A stretch of DNA of 64,000 nucleotides from positions 1,558,294-1,622,293 of the forward strand of contig BCKZ01000002.1 in the NCBI GenBank assembly GCA_001600815.1. Reading direction: 5' to 3'. Shown one piece after another: positions 13,635 to 25,679 of the stretch. The translations under genes were made by a program, and so were the position numbers. A model generated the notes under the pieces. The model was not told the DNA's origin. It ran no database searches and was given only the letters and a program-made list of their open reading frames with translations. How positions within the stretch are numbered: position 1 is the stretch's first letter; each line of letters starts with the position of its first letter. The stretch is from Alloascoidea hylecoeti (Eukaryota).

Positions 13635-16352
13635 TCAAGCTCCAATCAATGTTTCGATTCTTTTAATTTCATCATATAACGCACAAATCTCATTAACAAC
13701 TTCTTTTCTTGCCTTTACTGAAAGCAAAGCACCAATTACAATGTCATGACCTGGGAAAAGTTTAGGAATAACGCTAAGAGCTTTAGCACAATTAATTTCT
13801 GAAGCATCTGCCTCATTAGTAACAGTCCCAGTTGAATTATTAGGCAAAAAAGAACCTTGGGATTCATCTATTGCTCTATGGATCAACGTATGAAGTATCG
13901 TTAATGATCTCTTTGATATTATCGCCAAAGATTTAGCAGCGTCAATGGATTCACCATTTAATATAACTCCAGCTGACATACTGCCTAGACGTAATAATGT
14001 AGCACCAAATCCATTTATGTCACGAATCCATGATAATGCAATATTCTTCTCACTTTCTGAATTTTGCTCCTCTTCCAATAAAGTTGGTCTATGACTAGGT
14101 ATCATAGATACTAATAATTCCACCACAAGTAAACCTTCCTGAATTAATGGACTTCTAACATCCAGTATTTTAAGTTCTAAACCAGTAAGGTCAGGAATTA
14201 CTGCATATGCAAATAATAGTGTTTCTGTATGTAGTATTGTGGAATCAAAGTCCGTTTTTCCAAAATAACCGGCAAGAACTTCTGAAGCATCCTTATCTGT
14301 AACTGTACCATTGAATATAGATACAAAATAAGATCTGTTGGGAGGATCTCTAATCATAACCTTAACCAATGAATCTAATGCACAACCATAATATTTATAT
14401 TTAGCCGGATAATAACGCTCTGGTTCAATTTCTTCTTCTTCTTCTTCTTCTTCTGAAATCTGTTCAATATCGTTCTCTGGACCAAACGATAAAATCAATA
14501 ATAAAAGCAATACACATTGCTTACAAGATTCAAAATGTAATCGATGACCAATATTTGAAAATATGACAATTAAATCTTTCATAAGTTGATGTCTTTTCCT
14601 TAACGAATGGAATGACACACCAGGTGTCCCTAAAACATGTATGAAATGAAATAACATCTTAGTGAAAAAGGGTGTAGAAAATAATACTGCAATATTAGCT
14701 TCATTAAATGTTAAATTTCGTATAGTCATAATGATTGTACTTAGTCTCTCAACTAAAAGTACTCGATGATCTTCTGCGGCATGAATATAAACATCATTAA
14801 AAGGTTCTTCAGCTTCTTCTTGACATCTTCGTAACATGGTACTGTATGCACCTAAAGAAAATGGGTTTAATGTAACTTCTATTCCAGATTCTTCATTTGT
14901 GTCCATTTCAGTATCTTCATCTTCATCTTCAAAATCATCATCATTTTTAGAATCATCAAGCTCCATTACTTCATCTTTTTGATATTCTTCATCAACTGGT
15001 AGTCCTGAAAAATTATCAACCTCAATAATAATTTTAGATTTATTATCTTTAAATGCTTTAGTGTATTTCTTAAAAATAAGATCAGCTGTAGAATTACCTT
15101 CATATTCATCTAATACCGTTTCAATGTCGTAGCTTTTATCTTGAAGTTCATTTTTAATTTCTTTATCTTTATCAAAAATTTCAAGAGTTTCCAGTGTTTC
15201 TAATGCACATGATGAAATAGCTTCAATTAACTCCTCACAGTTTCTCAATGTAAATTCTAATCGTTGTTCACTACTAATAATCAAGAATATATTCAATGCA
15301 TTGTTCAACTCAACTGGGCTCATGCTTCGTATAGACATAGTTAATGAATGAATATCAATGGTTCCTAATTCAGGTAAATAAATAAATCCAGGTTTTGAAG
15401 CTTCGATCTCAGCGCTGAGTTGACATAATACACCGACATCAGCTCCACCATGACCATTAGCAAATCTTTGATGAGGAACATATGATTTGACATGAGTTGG
15501 AAGCTGAATATTTACTTGATTTGGAACTGAAGGGGAAGCTTGTTTTTGATTCGGCACTTGGTTTGGTTGTGAACCAATTGGACCAGTTGACGATTTATTG
15601 GATGCCAAATTTGATACAACAGGCGAGATGCCTCCCATTGGTGTAGCTCTTCCACTAGAAGTTGTCTCTTTGATTTGTCGTGCTTGATTCGTAGAAATGC
15701 CCGTTTGTTGTGGTGGCATTGAAGTTTTAGGTAATGAATTAGAAAATCTTCGTGGTGACATTAGCATTGGGGTAGAAACTCTAGATGGTTTCTTTTGTAT
15801 TTGAACTTGTCTTTGCCCCGGTGTACCCTGTTGTTGCTGAACTTGTTGTTGTTGAACTTGTTGTTGCTGAACTTGTTGTTGCTGAACTTGTTGTTGCTGA
15901 ACTTGTTGTTGCTGAGCTTGTTGAACTTGCTGTTGAACCTGTTGAGCTTGTTGTTGAGCTTGTTGAGCTTGTTGAGCTTGTTGAGCTTGTTGAGCTTGTT
16001 GCTGCTGTGCCTGCTGTTGTGCCTGCTGTTGTGCTAATTGTTGTTGAGCCTGCTGAGCTTGTTGGACTTGCCGAGCTTGCTGCTGGGCTTGTTGTTGCGC
16101 AAGTTGTTGAGCCTTTTGAGCCTGCTGTTGTTGCTGTTGAGCTTGCCGAACTTGTGCCAGTTGAGCCTGCTGGTTCTGTTGTTGTTGCTGAGCATGTTGC
16201 TTCTGATTTTGCATAAACAAAGAATTATTTAACTGTGAATGATTTTGGGTTGGAGTTTGGTTTGGAATTCCAGGACCTGGAGTAGAAGTAGCAGATTTTC
16301 TTTGTTGCATCATTTGTTGCATTTGTAATTGTTGCTGTTGTTGCAACTGACG

Positions 16353-16387
<35 letters not shown>

Positions 16388-17061
16388 GGATATGAACAGG
16401 AAGATTTTGATTTGGAGTTTGAGGAGTCGTTGTCAATGGAGACTCATTACCATTATTATTTTGATTTGATTTATTTGCATTCATTTGAGCCGTTGAATTT
16501 CTAATAGCAGTAAAAGCAGCATTTATTCTTGCCTTAAATTGTCTACCACCTTCTTCTGTTCTTAAATATTCATGAAATGGCTGCAAAACATTAATATATA
16601 AACCATTTAATTCTTGAATTGCACTTGGTGATTGTTGAACATTAATACCTAGTTTATTAGCAATTAATCCCCAAATGTGATTTGGTAATGGTTGATCTGT
16701 TGTTCCTTTTATTTTAGAAACTATTACATAAAAACCAAAAAGATTTATTCGTTTGCCTGTAATTGTTGGAGGACCAGTAAACGGTGTACCACGTCTTCTC
16801 AAGAAATCTTCTAATGTTTTATTAAACGCTTCTGTATTAACATATTGAGTGATTCTTTGATCGTTATGCGACCGTTGTTGAATACCCATTGCTGGTCCAG
16901 GAACTTGTCCAGGGACTTGTTGTCCTTGTATTTGATTTGGGACTTGGTTCGGTATTTGTCCAATCATTTGTTGCTGATGTGGAGATTGATGAGGTGATTG
17001 ACTTACACCAGGCATTGGTTCATTATTTTGGAACTGTTGTATTGGTTGATGACTTTGTAAC

Positions 17062-17121
<60 letters not shown>

Positions 17122-18414
17122 TGTTGTTGTTGTTGTTGTTGTTGTTGCATTATAGCTCTAGCAGCATCAGCTTGCAAATGTTGTTTATTTATTATTCCCT
17201 GTTGTTGTTGCATTTGAAAATTTTCCATACTAGCAGATGGAATATTATTAGGCATAATTCTTTGTGGTAATTGCATTTGTGACTGATCAGGAATTTGTCC
17301 AGGATGTCCAGGATGACCCGGATGACCTTGTTGTTGATGTAACTGATGTAATTGTTGCTGTTGTTGTTGCTGTTGTTGTTGCTGTATTTGTGTTTGACGG
17401 AAATGTTCCCTTCTCATATTTTGTTGATTTATAAAATTCATTCTTTGTTCTGGAGTCATGTTTTTAAGCATTGATTGAATTTGTAAATTCCTTGATACAT
17501 TATTATTATTACCTGCATTTTCCAAAAAATTTTGATAATTGGAAAGATGTGGATTCATATTTTGTTGTTGATTTTGATTTTGTTGGTTTGACTGAGGAGT
17601 TTGAGATTGATTCATTCCCCATGAAGGACTTCTATTATTCATTTGCTAATACATTATGAATTAAAAAAATTTTAAAAGGTTAATAATTTGGTTATGATTA
17701 TGAGGTTTGAGAGAAAAAAAAACGTGATTTTAAACTTACAGGTTGAGATTGAATTTGAGGAGAAACAACAGCTTGCTGTGGGCTATTCTGCACCATTTGT
17801 AATCTTTGTTGTTCATTAATATCTTGTTTGCCAGAATCTTGAAGTTGAACTTGTTGATTTTGTCCTGCTTGTCGATTTTGCATTGCTAAAATGGCCATTG
17901 GTGTTACAGTAGGACTATTACTTGAAGAAGTTTGTTTAAAAGTGGAAAGATCTGGTCGTGGAGAAGATTTTGAAATTTGTGGGGAATGAGAAGCCATACG
18001 TTCAGAACTTGGTTTACTTGGACCATTTTGACTTAAATTTGAAAAATCAAAAGGTGGAGGTTTTGAATGTTGCTGTTGTTGCTGATGAATATCAAACATA
18101 TCTGGTTGAGTAGTAAAAGACGCGGCCTTTTCCTGCTCAATACCATTACCACCATTTCTAAAAGAATCCATATTCCCATTATACAAACTTGACATAGTTA
18201 AATCATCATTTGAATCAGTAAGTCCATTATTTGAAACAATACTATTTTGTTGAGTAGTGGTGGTGATTCCGATACCCATTCCATCTTCAGGAAACATGGA
18301 AATAGATGAAGCATCGAAAAAACTATCCGACCCCGACGGCATCATAGTGTTACGGTCTTCTGTTTCAAGACCCATTGCTGGATCGTCATTCAGCCAGTAC
18401 AGTTGGTCAGCCAT
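13635..18414 (-). CDS. SWI1: SWI/SNF subunit Swi1 (ARID domain, Q/N-rich). Exons 18414 (or 18495)-17740 and 17645-13635
   Basis: ARID core (FLRRRGTP...INLFGFY...WGLIANKLG...LQPFHEY) and BAF250-like ELGTIDIHSLTMSIRS. Phase-0 intron 17646-17739 (GTAAGT...TATTAAC...TAG) joins the two long ORFs. Confidence 0.88.
15829..17148 (-). repeat. Coding polyQ / QQA / QQQQV repeats in SWI1
   Basis: (TTG/CTG)n tracts on + at ~16352-16388 and ~17062-17148. A 15-nt TGTTGTTGCTGAACT unit is repeated at ~15829-15915. Confidence 0.9.
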
Positions 18415-18630
18415 ACTTTTTTCAGACTCGGGGATATTCGATGGTTTCAACGCGAGGAAGTTGAGTGTGTATGAAAGGGTGGACGGGTGTTTCATATTAG
18501 TATACCAAACTGGATAAAACGAAAATATATTTATAATGATAAAAAGTACAATTAAACATTAAACAAATAACTAAAATATATATAAATATAAATGAAATAT
18601 AGTAGAATATAATATATATAATAGAATGAT

Positions 18631-19911
18631 TTAAAAGAAATAAAATCGTTTCTTTTCATGAAGTTTTTTACTTAAAGACTTGTAATATTCCATTTCACCC
18701 CAACAATCTCTTCCCCATTCACAACCAGCCATATTAACGACAAAATCCCTTGCCTTTGGATCATAAAATAACCCAGGATCATTCGCATTTTCAGCACAAG
18801 CACCAGGAGGGAAAGAATTAAATAAACGAAGAGGAACAAAACCTACTCGACTTCTAATCCAACCATGACTTGCATACATATCTTCTAAAGCATCTTGTTC
18901 TTTATGTTCCCATTTCATATGCATTTGTTCATATAAAACAGGATCCCACCAAAAATCCAATAATTGTTCCGTCCATTCACTTCTTTTTAATAAAAAACTA
19001 CCCAAGTTAAAACCTCCACAATCTTGAGTAATTATCAAATCAACAGGTTGTGATAAATCAACATGATCAATTTCATTTGGCATACCTAAAGGATTGTAAA
19101 CAGAAATAGATCTATAAAGACCATTTCTTTTATTATTAATGATATGTTTTTCAACAGAAAAACTTGGTTCCATTATAAAAGTATGTAAATCCATCCACCA
19201 AAACCATTCAGCTTCAGGAAATTCTCTCATGACTTCTTTTAAAATATCAGCTTTTTCCCAAGATTCTCTCCATTCATGACTATATTTTTTTTTAATAGTT
19301 AAATCTTTCAAGGTTATTCCATAACCATGTTTTGCAGCATATGCTTTTTTATTTGCAATACTACTTCTTTCAACAGACCATTCTTGAGGAGATTTCCATT
19401 TAACTACACCACCTCCTTCATTAACACCTAAAACTATAACGATTTTTGGTGGTAAAGATTCAGTCGGAGTAAAAGTCCAAATTATTGTTGATGCTATTGT
19501 TATAATGAGTAAGATTAATGATGAGAAAATGGTTATTGATTTTCGATATCTCCAAAAGAAATTTTTAAAAGATTTGAGGTTTAAATTTAAATTTAAATTT
19601 GAAGATGATGATGAATAATGATCATCATTTGGGGTTTCATAATTAACAAAATGATTTAAGAGTTTTTCAGGGTCATAATTTGGTTTTTTTGGAGTGAAAT
19701 TAGAAGAAGGGATAAACTTTGGTGAGAGAGAATTTGAAGTTGATGTTAAAGTTGAAGGTGACGAAGGTAATTTCGGACTAGATCTCTTTTTCCAAGATCC
19801 CTGGGAGCCCTGAGACCCCTGGGAGCCCTGAGTTAAGACCGAGGTGTCACCAGAAAAAGGCCCGGAGACGGTAGAAACCTGATCATCAAAGTCGATATTG
19901 GGGGAACCCAT
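18631..19911 (-). CDS. MNN10: Golgi alpha-1,6-mannosyltransferase (GT34)
   Basis: TM anchor, SIANKKAYAAKHGY, WRESWEK, WFWWMD, QDCGGFNLGSF, HKEQDALE, FVVNMAGCEWGRDC. First ATG at 19911. Confidence 0.9.
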   Translation of the reverse strand: MGSPNIDFDDQVSTVSGPFSGDTSVLTQGSQGSQGSQGSWKKRSSPKLPSSPSTLTSTSNSLSPKFIPSSNFTPKKPNYDPEKLLNHFVNYETPNDDHYSSSSSNLNLNLNLKSFKNFFWRYRKSITIFSSLILLIITIASTIIWTFTPTESLPPKIVIVLGVNEGGGVVKWKSPQEWSVERSSIANKKAYAAKHGYGITLKDLTIKKKYSHEWRESWEKADILKEVMREFPEAEWFWWMDLHTFIMEPSFSVEKHIINNKRNGLYRSISVYNPLGMPNEIDHVDLSQPVDLIITQDCGGFNLGSFLLKRSEWTEQLLDFWWDPVLYEQMHMKWEHKEQDALEDMYASHGWIRSRVGFVPLRLFNSFPPGACAENANDPGLFYDPKARDFVVNMAGCEWGRDCWGEMEYYKSLSKKLHEKKRFYFF

Positions 19912-20307
19912 TTGGAGCCAAAATGGAGGTGAGGAAAAAAGGTTTTTTGGAAAAGATAACTGGAGGTATAAATAGAACGAGGAAATCTCAAGAATAGGTG
20001 TATTGTGTAACCTTAAAAGGACAAAGAAGCAAAAAATAAACAAACAAATGAAACCCCTTAAATTAGTAAAATATTAATGGTGAAAATGGTAAATTGGTTG
20101 AAGAGTAGAAAATGGGCCGTAACTTTAGCTAAAAAACGTCAATCAAATCATTTAATTTTCATTTTCATTTTCATTTTCACTTTTTTTTATTTCGTATCTA
20201 CAATGTTCATGATTATTAATAATTCTGCTACGATACACACTAATTATAATCTTCTTGTACATCAAACACCAATACATCTCAACTGTGCCTCACCTCCACA
20301 ATAAATA

Positions 20308-20961
20308 ATGTCTTTCCTGGATATTTACACAGACAATATCACCTTTGAACAATTTCGTTCAACCTATACGTCGTACCTTCAAACCCAAGGAATTTTAAAT
20401 TTGGTTAATGGCGATGTCAATCCAACAGATTCTTCATGGTTGGCAGCTAACCAAAAGGCAATGAATTTCATAACTGATAATTCCACCTTACGATTACAAG
20501 AACTAATCAAAGTCCATAATCAGGAGGAACAAGAGCCTACTCCATATTATGTTGCAAAAGAAGTAATGTTTGCTCTAGAATCTATATTCGATGGTGTTAA
20601 ATATCCTTGTGATATCTATAGGGAAGTTGATTCTTTACGTTTTGCTGCTGGTTTAAATTATCAACGAAATAATTATTATAATAATGGTATAAGTTTCATA
20701 AATGAACATGGTCAAAACGATGAAACGGCTGAACAATTTGGTAATAGAGTTGTTCGATTATTTGATGAAGCAAAAATGATGGGTATCATTTATACTGAAG
20801 ATTCAAAAAAAAATATTTTTAGAAATTCTCTTTATGGTACAAAATATGAAATGTATGTTAATTTATTTAGAGATAAAGAATATATGTTACCCCAAATGAT
20901 AAAAGAATTGAAAAAAATTGAAAAAGCTGAAAGTCAACGAATGATTTATGAAATTTTATAA
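20308..20961 (+). CDS. Stand-alone Ty1/copia Gag-like capsid protein, 217 aa, candidate domesticated gene
   Basis: Pattern YLQTQGILNLVNG...W..ANQKAMNFI...AKEVMFALESIF...ETAEQFGNRVVRLFDEAKMMG...IFRNSL resembles the copia Gag UBN2/Retrotran_gag_2 region. No pol, LTR or PBS seen nearby. Confidence 0.7.
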   Translation: MSFLDIYTDNITFEQFRSTYTSYLQTQGILNLVNGDVNPTDSSWLAANQKAMNFITDNSTLRLQELIKVHNQEEQEPTPYYVAKEVMFALESIFDGVKYPCDIYREVDSLRFAAGLNYQRNNYYNNGISFINEHGQNDETAEQFGNRVVRLFDEAKMMGIIYTEDSKKNIFRNSLYGTKYEMYVNLFRDKEYMLPQMIKELKKIEKAESQRMIYEIL

Positions 20962-21284
20962 TACTTTATGATTATCTCTTAACATTAATGTTAACATATT
21001 TGGAAAGGAAAGAAAAACTAGTGCGTTGTTGACACCTAAATAGGTTCATGAAAAGTATCGTTAAGTTTGCTTAAATAGAGTGATCATGATATTCTTAGTA
21101 TTGAAAAAGAGTGCTGTTCTAGTAAAGCTAATGTCTAGATCTTGCTTGTTTGAGAGAAAAGTCACACAAAATTCATCTGTTACAAATTAAACCAGTGGAA
21201 TACTTTTGCTTACTGTTTGTTTCAACAGTTAATTGTATTTCTTGTTTCAACTAATTATATAAATTAAATAAATATAGCTATTAA

Positions 21285-23171
21285 TTATTGTGTAATACTA
21301 GCACCATTACTCATTCCTCCTTTAACTTGAGCAGCAGGATGCCTTCTTAATTCAGAAGGTACTTTACTAACAGGAGAATTACTCAATGCTTGTTTTAAAT
21401 CATAGAATAATGGTTCATCTTCTTTACCTAAAAATGTAATGGATGTACCTTTTTTACCTGCTCTACCAGTTCTACCAATTCTATGTGTATAAGAATCCAT
21501 ATTATTAGCCATTTGATAATTAATTACCAATGAAACATCATTAATATCAAGTCCTCTACCTGCAACATCAGTACCAATTAAAATATCAGCTTTATGAGTT
21601 TTTAATTGTTGTAATGCTAATTCTCTTTGATCTTGTGATTTATCACCATGTATTGTAACAACTTTAAAACCATGATTATTTAATGCTGAACTTATTGGAT
21701 CAATATGTTTTTTAAAATTAACAAATATAATTATTGGTGGTTCATAATATTTATATCTATAATCACCATATCTATCATATGTTGAAGAAGTTGAAGAAAT
21801 GCCTAAAATTTCTTTTAATCTTTTAATTCTTTTATGTTCTGGTATAAATTCAATAAGTTGTTCAACAGTATCAACTGCTGATGACGAATCACCAATTGTA
21901 ACAATTACTGGATTATTTAAATATTCATTTGCAATTTTTTCAATTGTTGGTGGCATTGTTGCTGTATACATCATTGTTTGTCTCTTTTTTTTCATAATTG
22001 CATTAATTGTCGAAAAATCTTTTTCAATTTCATCATCATCATCATTTTCTTCAATATCTGCCATTGATTGTAAAATTGTTTGAACTTGTTCTCCAAATCC
22101 TTGTTCAATCATTCTATCTGCTTCATCTAAAATAACATAACAACATTGTCTTAAAACAATGACTCTTAATCCTAAAACATCTAATAATCTGCCAGGTGTT
22201 GCAACAACAATTTCAGCACCTTGTTGAACATTATAAGCTTGAGTTTCTAAATTATGTCCACCAATAATTGAAACAACATTAAAACCTAAAGGTTTACAAA
22301 ATTTTTCAGCTTCTGATGCAATTTGTTGAGCTAATTCACGAACAGGTGCTAATATTATAGCATATGGACCATTTGTTTTTGTTATTTCATTTAAAGGTGG
22401 TAAATCAATAATATGTGAAAGTAATGGTATAATAAAAGAAGCAGTTTTACCTGATCCTGTTTGTGCAATACCTAAAACATCTCTATTTGATAAAGCAATT
22501 GGTATAGCAGCTCTTTGAATTGGAGTTGGTTCTAAATATCCAATATTTTGAATTATAGATAATAAAGGTTTTGGAATATTTGATTCTTCCCATGATCTTA
22601 ATGGTGTTGGTAATGTCATATTATTAATTTCTTTTCCTTTTATTTGAATATTAAATTCTTCTCTAAAAATCCTCCAATCTCTTTCTTTCATTTCTAATTT
22701 TGTTTTATTTCTCCATGGTAAATAATTATTATTACCATTTTTTGAAATTTTTAATTCTAATTTATTTAAATCATTATTTTTTTTGTTTAATATATTTAAA
22801 TGATATAGTGGTTGATAAATTCCTGTATCTTCTGATTTATCCCATTCAAAATTAAATTTTGAAAATTTTTTTGATATATTTTTATTAATTGGATTTTTTT
22901 TAGTTATAAGTTTTTGCTTTTTTAATAAATGATTGTTTGTGTATTCATTTTCATATTCATTATCATTATTATCATTATTATCATTATTAGTTAGAGTTGA
23001 AGTAATAGTAGTGAGAGTTTGTGATTGTTTTGTTTGATGCTTTTCTTTTAATCTTTCCAATGCCCTTCTGTGTCTTTCCTTTTTAGACAAAAAAACAGGT
23101 TTTGATTTTTCTTCTTCCTTTTTTTTATTACTATTTATTAAATCTTCTATTGATATTGGAGTTTTACCCAT
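21285..23171 (-). CDS. PRP28: Pre-mRNA splicing DEAD-box helicase
   Basis: N-terminal KPVFLSKKER, FNFEWDKSEDT, MKERDWRIFREEFNI, AQTGSGKT, DEAD, HRIGRTGRAG, ELRRHPAAQ. Confidence 0.95.
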   Translation of the reverse strand: MGKTPISIEDLINSNKKKEEEKSKPVFLSKKERHRRALERLKEKHQTKQSQTLTTITSTLTNNDNNDNNDNEYENEYTNNHLLKKQKLITKKNPINKNISKKFSKFNFEWDKSEDTGIYQPLYHLNILNKKNNDLNKLELKISKNGNNNYLPWRNKTKLEMKERDWRIFREEFNIQIKGKEINNMTLPTPLRSWEESNIPKPLLSIIQNIGYLEPTPIQRAAIPIALSNRDVLGIAQTGSGKTASFIIPLLSHIIDLPPLNEITKTNGPYAIILAPVRELAQQIASEAEKFCKPLGFNVVSIIGGHNLETQAYNVQQGAEIVVATPGRLLDVLGLRVIVLRQCCYVILDEADRMIEQGFGEQVQTILQSMADIEENDDDDEIEKDFSTINAIMKKKRQTMMYTATMPPTIEKIANEYLNNPVIVTIGDSSSAVDTVEQLIEFIPEHKRIKRLKEILGISSTSSTYDRYGDYRYKYYEPPIIIFVNFKKHIDPISSALNNHGFKVVTIHGDKSQDQRELALQQLKTHKADILIGTDVAGRGLDINDVSLVINYQMANNMDSYTHRIGRTGRAGKKGTSITFLGKEDEPLFYDLKQALSNSPVSKVPSELRRHPAAQVKGGMSNGASITQ

Positions 23172-23326
23172 TATAATTATACATTTATCATATGTTAAAA
23201 TTGATTTTGTTAAAAGTGGAAAATTAGTAATACAAGGCAGGGTAAATACGAGAGATCTGACTAGTTACTTATAATCTCCGCAACAACACAAGCCAACCTT
23301 CTTTGATTTTTACTGTCAAGCAAAAC

Positions 23327-23824
23327 ATGTCTTTTATGAATGGAGGCGGTGGCGAATGCTCAACGGGTCGTAATCCGTTGGCCCAGTTTACAAAACAAGC
23401 CGATGGAAATCAAGCCCATAATACAATCTTGGGACAACCCGGAGCCCAAGGTAGTGCTCAAGGTGGCCGAATGATGAAGCAGAGTCAGGGGCAAATCAAC
23501 AGTGCAAATAAAGAAGCAATAGAAAGATTTTTCATAGATCAACAACCTCCTCAAGCTCAGGACCCTTTTCAGTTTGATGGTATGCGAGACAGCTTACCTC
23601 AGGCGCCTACTCCACAGCAAATGGCCAATAGAGGACCTAATAATTGGGCTCAGGAATTTCAACCGGGTGCTCCACAGGCTACTATACAACCACAAGCCCA
23701 GCACCATCAGAATCAAGTGTCACAGGGTTGGGGCGCAGAGTTTGAAGCAAGAGGTCAGGCTCCTGTCTCGGCTCAACCGATGGATCAACAAGCTTATGCC
23801 CCCGGAATGTCTATGGGTATGAAT

Positions 23825-23857
<33 letters not shown>

Positions 23858-25174
23858 GGAATGGGTAACTATGCTCGTTATCAAGGACAATCTCAATTTA
23901 ATCAGATTCCACAACAACAACAAGCTCCTCAACAACCTCAAGTCGTTGAGTTGGATGAAAAAAATTGGGAAGAACAATTTAAAAAAATTGAAGAAAATGC
24001 AGTTGAAGCTGCAAAAGAAACAACGGCTGAAAAACCTGAGACAGCAACATCAAATGGTAAACAAAAAGAATCCGAAGGAGAACCACAAGCAACAACTTCT
24101 GCACCACAAAATAAAGACTTTGAATCCATTTGGAATGAAATTTCTTCAACTGTACTTAATGAACAATATTGGACTGATGATAACACTCATGCAACATGGG
24201 AAAGAGATTTCCAACATTATTCTCAAAATAGATTAAATTATGGTGATTATCATTTTGAAGAAAATAATCAATTTTTAGATCATCCTGATCCTTTTTCAAT
24301 TGGTGTTCAATTACAGGATGGCGGTGCTAAATTATCTGAAGCTGCTTTAGCTTTTGAAGCTGCTTGTCAAAAAGAACCAGAACATGCCGAAGCATGGGAA
24401 CGTTTAGGTGCTGTTCAAACACAAAATGAAAAAGAAGATGCTGGTATTAGAGCTTTAGAAAGAGCTCTTCAAATTGACGGTGGTAATTTAAATACATTAA
24501 TGAATTTAGCAGTTTCTTATATCAACGAAGGTTTTGATAATGCTGCTTATGCAACATTAGAAAAATGGATTTCTACAAAATATCCAGAAGTTACATCAGA
24601 AGCAAGAACTCAAGAACCACAATTGGCGAATGAAAATAGATATCAATTACATAATCGTGTAACTGAATTATTCATTCGAGCCGCTCAACTTTCTCCTGAT
24701 GCTGCAAATATGGATGCTGATGTTCAAATGGGTCTTGGTGTTTTATTTTATGGTAACGAAGAATATGATAAAACGATTGATTGTTTTAGAGCTGCTTTGA
24801 AAGTTCGTCCTGATGATGCTTTACTTTGGAATAGACTTGGTGCATCCTTAGCTAATTCTCAACGATCAGAAGAAGCTGTTGATGCTTATTTCCAAGCATT
24901 AAATCTTAGACCAACTTTTGTAAGAGCACGATACAATCTAGGTGTTTCATGTATTAATATTGGTTGTTATAAAGAAGCTGTTGAACATTTACTTGGTGCT
25001 TTAAGTATGCACAGAGTTGAAGGTGTTAGTAATGAAGCTGTAAGTGCCAATGTTTCTACAAATTTGTATGAGACTTTGAAAAGAGCATTTTTAGCTATGG
25101 ACAGAAGAGATTTAGTAGAAAAAGTTGGTCCTAGTATGAATGTTGATGATTTTAGAAATGAATTTTCTTTCTAA
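23327..25174 (+). CDS. PEX5: Peroxisomal PTS1 receptor
   Basis: N-terminal ubiquitination Cys (ECSTGRNPL), WxxxF motifs (WAQEF, WGAEF, WEEQF) and C-terminal TPRs (LWNRLGASLAN, VRARYNLG). ATG at 23327. Confidence 0.96.
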
Positions 25175-25679
25175 ATTTCATAATTTATGACTATATATAA
25201 GATTTTTGAGGTTACTTTTACTTATATACTTATTGTTAAGATTTTGCTCCGTATAAAATATTTATATCTTTAGTTTAGTTTACATGTAATTGAAAATAAA
25301 AAAAAATTATACAAGGTTTAAAATTATACAAGGTTTGAATTAAATTTAATCAAGTCAATACTTGGTTTTGGAGCAGTATCAGTTGCAGTAAAACTACACT
25401 ATTCGGATTTATATTGATAAAGCTATTAGCTAATACTTGTATGCCCATGTTGAGCAAATTAATTTATGTATGCCAATATTGGTATAATAATCCTTGAATT
25501 GATTATCTACTTCGTTTACTGTCATGTCATTTCTAAATCGATATAGATATTGATTATTAGTTGAAACGGTTCCTACCAGATCTTTAAACTAATTGTTTAA
25601 TGTGTAGGTAATTTAAATTAATATAACAGTACATTTTATTCAAACATTTCTATTCTAATAAAAACATGCTACAGAATAT

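Noticed and set aside
15785..17270. Poly-L/V ORFs on the + strand
   Set aside because: Antisense shadows of the SWI1 polyQ repeats.
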